Positions 17,684 through 26,060 are shown, counted from the stretch's first letter. The stretch: DNA of 30,162 bases from Actinomycetota bacterium (GCA_041159565.1 JBEAXZ010000001.1:1-30162), one strand, 5' to 3'. Notes: generated by a model from the letters alone, not told the origin. Program-made: numbers and translations.

Positions 17684-18768
17684 ATTTGTCTACCTCGCCA
17701 GACCAGCTCACCGCGACTCTTTCGGTACCAAGAGAGAATTATCAAATACATCCAGAGGCCAGCACTAAGTGGATGCAGTGAAGCACTGCTAACAACTGAG
17801 TTGGTCTTGAAAGCCACTAGCAATCTGGATGCCACCAAGGCGAAGTACCCATACCACCCTGAAATTTCGCCACTCAAACCTAACGCGATTGGCAGTATGG
17901 AAGAGGTAAAGAGAATTACTATTGCTATGGCCGCTCCGATAGGAGAAACAAAGGCTCGCCATTGGGATTTGCTGTATCCCTCAATAAGTTCAGCTGCGTT
18001 GTTATACATCCTACAGATCGCAACCTTCGAACCATCTGCAACTCCGCCAGAAAAACCACCGCGAACCAATAATCGACCAAGCTCTAAATCATCCAGAACC
18101 TCAGATTTAATCGCTTCGTGGCCACCAGTTTTTAAATAGGCCTCTCGTTTCACGATAAGAAACTGACCATTGGCTACCACCATAGATGGTCTACTCAGTT
18201 TTTCAGCCAAGCGAAGTGGAAGTGAGGCGAACCATGACCATTGCAACAAAGGTTGAGCCAATCTTTCAAGAAATGTAATAGCTAATTGTCGCGGATATGG
18301 CGATAGAAAATCCCAGGCCAAACGATCCATCAAAGCAATTGAACTACTAACTGCGTAAGGGCTGAGACGTACATCGGCATCAACAAATACCAAATACTTG
18401 GCCTGCGACTTTTGCGCCAACTGATGGCAAGCAAAGTTCTTTCCTAACCAGCCATATGGGAGTTCTGAGCCAGAGTGAACAAATAGATTTGCAGCTGAAA
18501 ACTGGCTTATTTGCTCCACGGTGTCATCAGAGGAGCTATCGTTTAACATCACTATTTCAAAATTGCTTAGGCCCTTTTGGTTTAGAACTGATTCCATCAA
18601 CCCGGGTACGTTTTGGGATTCATTACGCAAGGGAATCAGTATTGAAACAGAATCAATTAAATCCGGTATTTCTTGGTTTTTAACCACCCGAACTGTAAGG
18701 ACATTCAGAGCTGTAATGGCGAGAATTAATAGGTTTAGTCCCAACAGAAACTCGGCCAAAATCTGCAT
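17680..18768 (-). CDS. Family 2 glycosyltransferase, likely carotenoid glycosyltransferase
   Basis: Motifs ILIPLRNE, WLGKNFAC, FVDAD, ANGQF and VLDDL, with N- and C-terminal TM segments, in a carotenoid context. Confidence 0.85.
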   Translation of the reverse strand: MQILAEFLLGLNLLILAITALNVLTVRVVKNQEIPDLIDSVSILIPLRNESQNVPGLMESVLNQKGLSNFEIVMLNDSSSDDTVEQISQFSAANLFVHSGSELPYGWLGKNFACHQLAQKSQAKYLVFVDADVRLSPYAVSSSIALMDRLAWDFLSPYPRQLAITFLERLAQPLLQWSWFASLPLRLAEKLSRPSMVVANGQFLIVKREAYLKTGGHEAIKSEVLDDLELGRLLVRGGFSGGVADGSKVAICRMYNNAAELIEGYSKSQWRAFVSPIGAAIAIVILFTSSILPIALGLSGEISGWYGYFALVASRLLVAFKTNSVVSSASLHPLSAGLWMYLIILSWYRKSRGELVWRGRQI

Positions 18769-18770
18769 CT

Positions 18771-19577
18771 TTAATCGCGACGACCAAAACGCACAGAGAT
18801 GAAGTAAGCCAAGACATATAACCCTAGAGCGGATCCGGAAAAGAATGCGACTCCCGGTCGATCAAAGAAGAAGGCATTTGCAACTATTCCACCTATCAAA
18901 CTCCAAGCTAAAAAGAATTCAGGGACGGCGCGGCTAGCGCCTAATGATCTGCGCTCTTTCGGTAACAAAATATTCAATAGCGCCATTAAACCCATGCCAG
19001 TTAGTAGCCAGCCAAATGTATTGGAAAGCGGAATCTCAGGCTGAAACGGAACTGTTCTACCGGTTATCTCCCAACTCCAACGACCAGCAGAGACCATTTG
19101 TGGATCTAGGAATAAATCCCATGACATCAGTCCATAACCGCCTGCTAAAAATACCCAATTAGGTGCTATGCGACGCGCTGCAAGAAATATCGGATGAGCC
19201 ATCATTATCCAGGCAAACGGAACAACTAGTGGCACTCCGTAAACTTGATAACCCAAGGTTCCTGAGTACTCATAACTTCCAAAAGGCCAAGAGGTTCGAA
19301 CCCCTATTTGTTCTACAACTAGCGCATATAAAAAGGTAATAACCAAAAAACGAATTGCATAGGAAATCCCATATGCAAACCATGAATGCAACAGCATCGC
19401 GCCGGCCGCCCAGTAAACAGTTGCAATTGTTATTAACCGAAGCACCTCACCATCAGTAATTGGATAGGCAATTTGCAACCCCAATGCAACTGTTAAGACA
19501 GATAGCAAAAGGAAGTTTTGAAATGGCGTGATGGTGCGTCGTGAATCCCGTCTAGGACGAAAATTGCGTACCGACAT
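18771..19577 (-). CDS. cruF: Carotenoid 1',2'-hydratase (CruF/DUF422-like)
   Basis: Motifs EQIGVRTSWPFGSYEY, GVPLVVPFAW, SWDLFLDP and PLSNTFGW. Confidence 0.8.
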   Translation of the reverse strand: MSVRNFRPRRDSRRTITPFQNFLLLSVLTVALGLQIAYPITDGEVLRLITIATVYWAAGAMLLHSWFAYGISYAIRFLVITFLYALVVEQIGVRTSWPFGSYEYSGTLGYQVYGVPLVVPFAWIMMAHPIFLAARRIAPNWVFLAGGYGLMSWDLFLDPQMVSAGRWSWEITGRTVPFQPEIPLSNTFGWLLTGMGLMALLNILLPKERRSLGASRAVPEFFLAWSLIGGIVANAFFFDRPGVAFFSGSALGLYVLAYFISVRFGRRD

Positions 19578-19591
19578 AGGGCAATTGTGCC

Positions 19592-20257
19592 TTATAAACT
19601 CCCAAGCTCTTTAGTGACGGCAAAGCGAGCAAACATCTCTTCGGCGTACCAGTTTTCACGATGTGTAGCAGCAATAGCAGCCTTATGCGCCTCACCCCTG
19701 TAGGCAAAGTTGCGTACCGCATCTGCGGATTCCCAAATTGAAAATGTTCCCTGTAAGCCAATGGGCGCCTCACCAATTCCAATTGCAGCCTTCAGGCCCG
19801 GAGAGCTATGCAAACTACTGGTTACAGGTGGAACGCTGCGCCAAAAAATCAAATTCTTGCGCCACTTAATTCTGGCTCTAGTAATCGCAACCACGGCTCC
19901 CTGCCAATTTGCTGGCGAATGCGATAGCTGCGCGAAAGGTTTTTTGCTAGACCAAGCTCCGTGGACTGAAATAGGGGAGAGTTCAACTACATACTCGGAG
20001 ATTGAGTGCGCGCGCCAACGACGGAGCAATGCACTATTCTCAAATTGAGAAATCTCGTTTGGATCAATCACAATCAAAAGCCCCCAACGCAGCGCATCAG
20101 CATCTCTAGGAGTAAAGGTTTCTCCCTTGCCTGTTCCGAGCAATTTCCAAAAACTAATACTGGGAGCGCGCCAAAGTGAGATCCGATCCAATGCCATTCT
20201 CGAGATAGCCCAGAGAACCCTCTTTTTTTCAATTCGCCAAAAATAAACTCGAATCAC
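19592..20257 (-). CDS. crtA: CrtA-like (spheroidene monooxygenase family) carotenoid oxygenase
   Basis: Motifs FWKLLGTGKG, VAITRARI, GIGEAPIGLQGTFSIW and HRENWYAEEMFARF, with conserved His residues. Confidence 0.78.
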   Translation of the reverse strand: MIRVYFWRIEKKRVLWAISRMALDRISLWRAPSISFWKLLGTGKGETFTPRDADALRWGLLIVIDPNEISQFENSALLRRWRAHSISEYVVELSPISVHGAWSSKKPFAQLSHSPANWQGAVVAITRARIKWRKNLIFWRSVPPVTSSLHSSPGLKAAIGIGEAPIGLQGTFSIWESADAVRNFAYRGEAHKAAIAATHRENWYAEEMFARFAVTKELGSL

Positions 20258-21075
20258 TTCGCCAACTCCGCAGCCTTCTTGATCTCATGCACCACATCAA
20301 GAGGTGAGTCCCACATGGGAGCATGACCAGTTTCAGAGAAAATTATCCACTTGGCATGCGCAGGAGCGATAGATCGCTCCTGACAGGTAGTCGCAGGTAA
20401 AGTCTTATCACTGTCACCAAAAATTATTGTTACAGGAATTGACTCGGGGATATAACTATCGAACCTTTTCATCAACATGCCATCCCAAGCCGGGTAATAT
20501 CCCTCAGCTCCAGCTATCGCAAGTGTCGCATCCAGACAGGTTTCATAACTTAACTCTCGCCAACGTGGTGAAACATCTGAAAAACCCAACATTCGAGCGG
20601 CTTCAAAGTGCAGCGCGGTTGGTGCCAACTTTGCAGTATTGCGCGCCAGAAACCGTGCTAGTGCGGTGCCCGGATAACGCGCGTTGTAAGGGTTTAGCCA
20701 CAATCCAGCAGGAGCTAATCCCGTCAAAGAAAGCACGCGATCTGGCGCCCAGCTGGCCATTTCCATGGCAACCCAACCACCAAGTGAGTTTCCTGATAGG
20801 TGGAAAGTGTCAATCTGAATTGAATTTAATTTATCTAAAACATACCCGGCAAGAGAATGTGGATCCATGGGCTGACCTTTTGCGTAAGAACTCTTTCCAT
20901 GCCCTGGAAGATCAACTGCAATTACTTGAAAGCTCTGGTTTAGAAGATTACGAATTGGTTTCCATACCGAACTTGCAGAGCCCAAGCCATGAATCAAAAC
21001 CAGTGGCTCACCACTTCCGGAAATCTCGCAATGCAATGATTCCAATTCAATGGCCAACTTTCGCCGGAGTTGCAT
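20254..21075 (-). CDS. Alpha/beta fold hydrolase
   Basis: Motifs LIHGLGS, DLPGHG, nucleophile elbow GNSLGG, GDSD and GHAPMWD. GTGA overlap with crtA. Start uncertain (ATG 21075 or a downstream TTG). Confidence 0.88.
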   Translation of the reverse strand: MQLRRKLAIELESLHCEISGSGEPLVLIHGLGSASSVWKPIRNLLNQSFQVIAVDLPGHGKSSYAKGQPMDPHSLAGYVLDKLNSIQIDTFHLSGNSLGGWVAMEMASWAPDRVLSLTGLAPAGLWLNPYNARYPGTALARFLARNTAKLAPTALHFEAARMLGFSDVSPRWRELSYETCLDATLAIAGAEGYYPAWDGMLMKRFDSYIPESIPVTIIFGDSDKTLPATTCQERSIAPAHAKWIIFSETGHAPMWDSPLDVVHEIKKAAELAK

Positions 21076-21535
21076 GGGCGGCCATCATTAATTCAGCAAA
21101 TGAGGTCGGAAACACAGTGTGTGGATGCCCTGCGGCGGCCCAGATTTCCGAATAGTTATCTAAAGCTAAATCAATCAGAGTAATTGCCGGAGAATTTAAC
21201 CAACCAATAGGGGCGACACCACCAACGGAGTATCCGGAAATCTCTTTAACAAAATCAGCATCTGCTCTACCCAGTGCTGGCACTTTAAGGAACTCTGCCA
21301 CCAGCTCGGTATCTACCCGATGTCCGCCAGATGTAATTACAAGAAGTGGTTTTGCTTCTGGCAATTTGAAAACCAGAGAGGAAGCGATTTGACCAACCTC
21401 GATACCAAGTGCGGCTGCGGCCTCTGCTGCCGTGCGGGCGCTATCTGAAAGTAGTTTTATCTCACCTTTCATTCCGCTGGCTGCAATTGCTGCTTTGGCC
21501 CGCTGAACTGCAGCTTTCTCTAAGACGCCATCCAT
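21047..21535 (-). CDS. YbaK/EbsC family aminoacyl-tRNA deacylase
   Basis: Motifs ARTAAEAA, QIASSLVFK, SGYSVGGVAPIG and WAAAGHP. TAGACT lies 7 nt before the ATG. Confidence 0.9.
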   Translation of the reverse strand: MDGVLEKAAVQRAKAAIAASGMKGEIKLLSDSARTAAEAAAALGIEVGQIASSLVFKLPEAKPLLVITSGGHRVDTELVAEFLKVPALGRADADFVKEISGYSVGGVAPIGWLNSPAITLIDLALDNYSEIWAAAGHPHTVFPTSFAELMMAAHATPAKVGH

Positions 21536-21556
21536 GGCGCAAAGTCTAGAGAGTGT

Positions 21557-21952
21557 TTACAGCGTTTGTATTAAATCTTGAACCAACGCCTTGATCTGAT
21601 TGCGAATCGGTCTAACCGCATCAACGCCTTGCCCAGCAGGGTCATCAAGCTTCCAATCCAAATAACGCTTACCAGGGAAAAATGGGCAAGCATCTCCGCA
21701 GCCCATGGTTATGACGACATCTGAGGTTTCCACTGCGCTAACAGTTAGAACCTTGGGAACTTCAGCACTGATATCAATGCCTTCCTCCAACATCGCAGCA
21801 ACAACAGCGGGATTAATCGAGTCGGCAGGTGCAGAGCCAGCTGAACGGACCTCAACCCAATCTCCAGCGAAATGGTTTAGATAAGCGGCCGCCATTTGAG
21901 AACGCCCAGCATTATGAACACAGACAAATAACACTGATGAAGTTTTGCTCAT
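21557..21952 (-). CDS. arsC: Arsenate reductase, LMW-PTPase fold, three-Cys (thioredoxin-coupled type)
   Basis: P-loop CVHNAGRSQ, plus VITMGCGDACP and WKLDDPAG. Confidence 0.88.
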   Translation of the reverse strand: MSKTSSVLFVCVHNAGRSQMAAAYLNHFAGDWVEVRSAGSAPADSINPAVVAAMLEEGIDISAEVPKVLTVSAVETSDVVITMGCGDACPFFPGKRYLDWKLDDPAGQGVDAVRPIRNQIKALVQDLIQTL

Positions 21953-22587
21953 GATCTAACCTTTCTTACCATTATTAATGCAGCAGTTACCGCAGTAATT
22001 AGTTGTACAAGGACAAAGAGAGTTACAGAAGTTGGGGCGATTCCAGCAGGTGCATCTGTTAATGATCTTGACACGGTAACGGCTGGGTTAGCAAAAGAGG
22101 TCGAAACGGTAAAGAAGTAAGCCCCAAAAATCCACAATGGAATAATTTTCCACGCTGACTTAGCATCCGCGGAAAGCGCCAATAACACTAGGCCAAGAGT
22201 TGCGATCACCTCTCCAATAACCTGCCCACTGTCAGAACGCTCTATTTTACTGAGCACCAAAAAGGAATTTGAAAACATAGCATTTGCTAGCGCTACTCCA
22301 ATTACGGCGCCAGATATCTGGGCCAAAACATACCCAACCAAATCTTTAGGCTGAATCCGCTTACAAATAACTGCCGCCAGCGAAACCGCAGGATTCAAAT
22401 GAGCTCCGGATATTGGTGAAAAAACCTTGATCAAAACCGCTAGCGCTGCCGCTGTAACCGCAGCATTTATTAGAAGTGCGATGGCGCCATCTGTAGTTAG
22501 CTGATTGGCCATGAAGGATGATCCAACTACGGCAATGAGTAATGCTGCAGTTCCAACAAGCTCGGCGAAAAACCTCTCTATCTTCAT
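21949..22587 (-). CDS. MIP-family aquaporin/aquaglyceroporin (AqpS-like, probable arsenite channel)
   Basis: Two NPA motifs (GAHLNPA and FANPAVT) and FAELVGT. Start ATG 22587 overlaps the tauE stop, and its stop overlaps the arsC start. Confidence 0.88.
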   Translation of the reverse strand: MKIERFFAELVGTAALLIAVVGSSFMANQLTTDGAIALLINAAVTAAALAVLIKVFSPISGAHLNPAVSLAAVICKRIQPKDLVGYVLAQISGAVIGVALANAMFSNSFLVLSKIERSDSGQVIGEVIATLGLVLLALSADAKSAWKIIPLWIFGAYFFTVSTSFANPAVTVSRSLTDAPAGIAPTSVTLFVLVQLITAVTAALIMVRKVRS

Positions 22588-23333
22588 GAGATCACCCAAG
22601 TATCGGTCAATGTAAAAATAGCAATTGCGAAAACAAAAATCGCAAAGGCTCGCTTCAATGTAGCTGGCGACAGTTTGGAGGAGTGGTGAGATGCAAAGCG
22701 AGATACAACTAAAGCCGTTAGGGCCATTAAAGCTGGAACCGCCCAATTAACCTCATCCCAGTGCCGGAAATGAGCAAAAAATCCAGTCAAGGTATTGATG
22801 GCGATAATAAACAGCGAGGTGCCGGCTGCTTTTGCCGGCGCAACGTTATAGAACAAAATGAGAATTGGAATTGCTAAGAATCCGCCGCCAATTCCAAATA
22901 AGCCGGTAAGTGCTCCAATAACTAAGGAGATTGCAATCAGGGCAAGTGGTGAAATTTTTCTTTCTGTAGAGGCTGTGGGCGAGGGAACTAGCATCGAGAG
23001 CCCAGCAGTAATTAGCACTAGAGCAAAGCCAGTCAGAACCAATCTCTCAGGAATGCTGGGGAGTAGATATGCACCAAGTAAATTTGTAGTTAAGCCAATG
23101 GCCCAAATGATTAGCGCCTCTTTGATCAAAACCTCTTGCTTTTTGAACTTGGGCATCAAGCCAGATGCGGCGCCAATAAAAACTACCAACAGGGAAGCGG
23201 TTGTAGCTTGTACAGGATTTAAACCAAATAAATAAATTAGCGCCGGAACTGCCAACATGGACCCGCCCGCACCTACATAACCCAGAACCGCGCCGATGCC
23301 CAGGCCGCAGATGACGGCTAGTACTAAATCCAC
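22584..23333 (-). CDS. TauE/SafE-family (sulfite exporter-like) membrane protein
   Basis: Two repeats: GYVGAGGSMLAVPAL and GLFGIGGGFLAIPIL...AAGTSL. TACCTT lies 6 nt before the GTG. Confidence 0.88.
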   Translation of the reverse strand: MDLVLAVICGLGIGAVLGYVGAGGSMLAVPALIYLFGLNPVQATTASLLVVFIGAASGLMPKFKKQEVLIKEALIIWAIGLTTNLLGAYLLPSIPERLVLTGFALVLITAGLSMLVPSPTASTERKISPLALIAISLVIGALTGLFGIGGGFLAIPILILFYNVAPAKAAGTSLFIIAINTLTGFFAHFRHWDEVNWAVPALMALTALVVSRFASHHSSKLSPATLKRAFAIFVFAIAIFTLTDTWVIS

Positions 23334-23362
23334 TAGCCGAAGGTAGCCGCTTTAGAAATGAA

Positions 23363-23397
23363 AATCCCCTGTACCGCAATACGTGGCACAGGGGATT
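23363..23397 (-). terminator. Intrinsic terminator downstream of doxX
   Basis: Perfect 10-bp stem AATCCCCTGT/ACAGGGGATT with an extendable inner stem, followed on the minus strand by UUCAUUUC. Confidence 0.75.
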
Positions 23398-23429
23398 AAC
23401 TAGAAATTCACCTGAAGTGAACTATTAGT

Positions 23430-23843
23430 TTAGAGGTTGAACAACCCTTCAGTAATAGATGGACCGAAGTCGACGCCGCTGCCAACCATTACGAAAATGA
23501 TTAGCGCAGCTCCTGCGAGAGAGAGATTCTTGAAAAAGTTGATGGTTTCACCCTGCTTCGCCTGCTCATCCTGGATGGTCCAGAAGTTGTGCATTAAGAA
23601 GGCTGATGCAATGAGGAAGATAGCTAGGAGCAATGCACCTAGATCTGCATAAACTCCAAGAGCAACATAAAGTCCGCCAATAATAAGCATTAATCCAGTA
23701 ACAATTACTGAGAGTTTGGCTGCAGGGACCTTCTTATATTGCGCATAGCCTGTCATGGCCTGAAGTTTGGTTAGGTGTGCGATACCTGAGTTGATAAAGA
23801 TCAGTGCAAAAAGCACACGACCAAGCACAAGGAGGATATCCAT
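23430..23843 (-). CDS. DoxX-family membrane protein
   Basis: Motifs LGRVLFALIFINSG, FLMHNFW and FFKNLSLAGAAL. SD AAAGGA upstream. Confidence 0.9.
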   Translation of the reverse strand: MDILLVLGRVLFALIFINSGIAHLTKLQAMTGYAQYKKVPAAKLSVIVTGLMLIIGGLYVALGVYADLGALLLAIFLIASAFLMHNFWTIQDEQAKQGETINFFKNLSLAGAALIIFVMVGSGVDFGPSITEGLFNL

Positions 23844-23866
23844 ATTTTCCTTTCATAGTGGGGCAT

Positions 23867-23913
23867 GATTTAGTTGAAGAGTAAACCAATTTTATTGAAA
23901 TTTCAACTAAATC
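23867..23913 (-). promoter_or_regulatory. doxX sigma70-type promoter overlapped by tandem palindromic operators
   Basis: Minus-strand TTGAAA-N17-TACTCT (23906-23878). A 12-bp inverted repeat GATTTAGTTGAA/TTCAACTAAATC and the palindrome TTGAAATTTCAA overlap it. Confidence 0.68.
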
Positions 23914-23926
23914 AGCGTGTCGAGGC

Positions 23927-23965
23927 AAATAAAAACCGCGCCCGACCGAAGCCGAGCGCGGTTTT
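23927..23965 (-). terminator. Intrinsic terminator downstream of the 5'-nucleotidase gene
   Basis: Minus strand AAAACCGCGC-UCGGC-UUCG-GUCGG-GCGCGGUUUU-UAUUU: a 15-bp stem including G-U pairs, a cUUCGg tetraloop and a U tail. Confidence 0.85.
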
Positions 23966-23980
23966 GCGCTAACCCTTAAT

Positions 23981-25990
23981 TTAAGGATTTACTTTGGTGA
24001 TGCGTCCATCTAGGGCAGGGATTTGAATCGCCTTGCCGCCAGCTGATGCCTCTTGTACCGCTTCAATGAATACATCTACGAGTAGTCCACGTAGTTTGGC
24101 TTTTGAAGGGGTGAAGAAGCCGACATAACCATCTCCGCCGTAAATCATGAAGTCAGGAACTGCAATGGTGTACTCCTTGGAGTCCTTTGCAATCGCTGTT
24201 CCATTTGGCAAGGTCACACTCTGAACTCGAGATCCGACTGGCTTTGAGGTATCAAAGCTGAACTTGAATCCGGAGATCTGTGGGAAGCGACCATCGCCTG
24301 GCCAGTTGCTAACACCGTTTTCAAGCGCCTTCCAGAGATTTTCGCCGGTGATTACAGATACTCCGACTGTGTTTCCAAATGGATAAACAGCGAGAGCATC
24401 ACCAAGAGTTACATCGTATGGAGCAACCTTGTCGACACCTGGACGGTTGAAGCTCTTGTTAGCAGGTACATAAGTGGCAGCTGGGAACTTATCGCGGATT
24501 CCGCCACCATTTATGAAAGCGAAATCAGTGGCGTACTTCTTGCGCATTGCATCTGCTGTGAAGTTACCAATTGCGGCTTCACCCGCACGCTGCACCTGAG
24601 GTGATCCACCTTGAGCAAAGATTCCATTAACTGAACCAATCTTTACATCAAGCTTGGCGGTTAGTTGGTCCTTGTACTTCTTGACCAACGCTGCACCTTC
24701 TGCATTGGGAGTTAATGAAGCAAAGGCGGAACGAAGAACAACATCAACAGTTGAACCACGTACGCGACTTGATCCATCAAGGCATACAGTCACTCTGTTG
24801 TACTCCTGGCCAGCATTGCGAACCATGGCAACCAGAGCACCGTTAACTGCTGCATTTCCAGCTAGTGCTGAGTTGTATGTCTGGTGACTATGGCCACCAA
24901 ATACAACGGCAGCGCCCTTGATTTGCTTAGCCAAATCAATCAATTTGCCCTTAGCTTCGCCATCACGGTTTTCTTGCCAACCCTGATGAAGTAGCGCAAC
25001 GACAAAATCTGCGCCGGCTGCTTTGGCCTGCTTAACCGCGGCGTTGATGCCATCAACCTTCTCAGAGATTACTAACTCTTTGCCGCTGTAGCTTAGATTT
25101 CCAGGGAAAATCTGCTCTTTAGTCTCCTCGGTGTTTGCTCCGACAAATCCAACACTTACTCCACCGCGTTCTACGATGTGGAAAGCCCTAGCTGCATTAG
25201 CACCACTTTGCAGTGGCTCTAGAGAGCTGTAGTTAGATGCAACCCACTGGAAATCAGAGGCTGCGATAACTTTTTGTACATGTGCCAAGTTGCGATCATG
25301 TTCATGGTTTCCAAAACCTGAAACATCAAACTTGAGTAGGTTCATCGACTCCACAGTTGGCATCTCTTCAAACTGGCTTGAGATTGGGGGAGCTGCGCCG
25401 AAGTTATCACCCGCCGACATTGTGAAGGTAGCTGGATTCTTGGCACGTTCAGCGGCAAAGGCGCTCATTAGTAGAGCGGTACCAGCGTTTGCTGAAGTTC
25501 CCTCAATCGCACCATGGAAATCGCTGAGTTGTAGAAGTTGAACAGCTTTCCATGAACTCCTTGCTACTCCAGCAAGATCTGTTGCACTAAATGTCTTACT
25601 CCAAGTTGCAGCTTTGGAGAAACCATACGCATTGACGGCTTTAACTGAGATGGTCGCGCTGGTTTGACCTTCAATTATTGGCAGAGTAACAACACCAGTT
25701 GTTGTTGCTGGCAAAGTGATTGGGCAGGAGCCCTCTCCACCTGAAACAACATATGAATTGACTGCAGGTGATGCAATGACTTTGTCGAAGACCACTCGAA
25801 CACCGTTTGATGTTAGGTATGCCTTCTTAATGACTGGAGCTGCAGGGACCGCATATGTATTTGCAGTGACCTGCGGGGAAGTGAGCACCACTAGTGCGGA
25901 GGTCGCTAGCGCTAGAGCGCTGGCAACCGCAGAGATACGTAGACGGAGGGATCTACCCTGGGTCTGCGCTTGAGAGGTATGTGTGATCAC
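23981..25990 (-). CDS. Secreted 5'-nucleotidase/metallophosphoesterase (UshA-like) with an N-terminal FN3-like domain
   Basis: Metal-binding motifs SDFHG, AGDN, GNHEHD, LHQG and GGHSH; C-terminal domain NGGGIR, YPFGN and FPQISG; signal-peptide-like segment ending VTA. Start placed at GTG 25990 (uncertain). Confidence 0.88.
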   Translation of the reverse strand: MITHTSQAQTQGRSLRLRISAVASALALATSALVVLTSPQVTANTYAVPAAPVIKKAYLTSNGVRVVFDKVIASPAVNSYVVSGGEGSCPITLPATTTGVVTLPIIEGQTSATISVKAVNAYGFSKAATWSKTFSATDLAGVARSSWKAVQLLQLSDFHGAIEGTSANAGTALLMSAFAAERAKNPATFTMSAGDNFGAAPPISSQFEEMPTVESMNLLKFDVSGFGNHEHDRNLAHVQKVIAASDFQWVASNYSSLEPLQSGANAARAFHIVERGGVSVGFVGANTEETKEQIFPGNLSYSGKELVISEKVDGINAAVKQAKAAGADFVVALLHQGWQENRDGEAKGKLIDLAKQIKGAAVVFGGHSHQTYNSALAGNAAVNGALVAMVRNAGQEYNRVTVCLDGSSRVRGSTVDVVLRSAFASLTPNAEGAALVKKYKDQLTAKLDVKIGSVNGIFAQGGSPQVQRAGEAAIGNFTADAMRKKYATDFAFINGGGIRDKFPAATYVPANKSFNRPGVDKVAPYDVTLGDALAVYPFGNTVGVSVITGENLWKALENGVSNWPGDGRFPQISGFKFSFDTSKPVGSRVQSVTLPNGTAIAKDSKEYTIAVPDFMIYGGDGYVGFFTPSKAKLRGLLVDVFIEAVQEASAGGKAIQIPALDGRITKVNP

Positions 25991-26060
25991 GGGCGGATAC
26001 TGACATGAGTTTGGCGTGTCGTTGCTGAACAACACTTCTGGGGCCGGTCGGGCTTGTGCC

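Noticed and set aside
20427-21155. 242-aa plus-strand ORF
   Set aside because: Fully antisense to the well-supported hydrolase and YbaK genes, with no recognisable motif, SD or promoter; treated as a shadow ORF.
22588-22746. 53-aa N-terminal extension of the aquaporin
   Set aside because: Lies inside tauE; ATG 22587 gives a normal MIP N-terminus and an ATGA overlap.
26024-26040. Second SOS-like sequence CTGAACAACACTTCTG
   Set aside because: Too many mismatches to TCGAAC-N4-GTTCGA to support.
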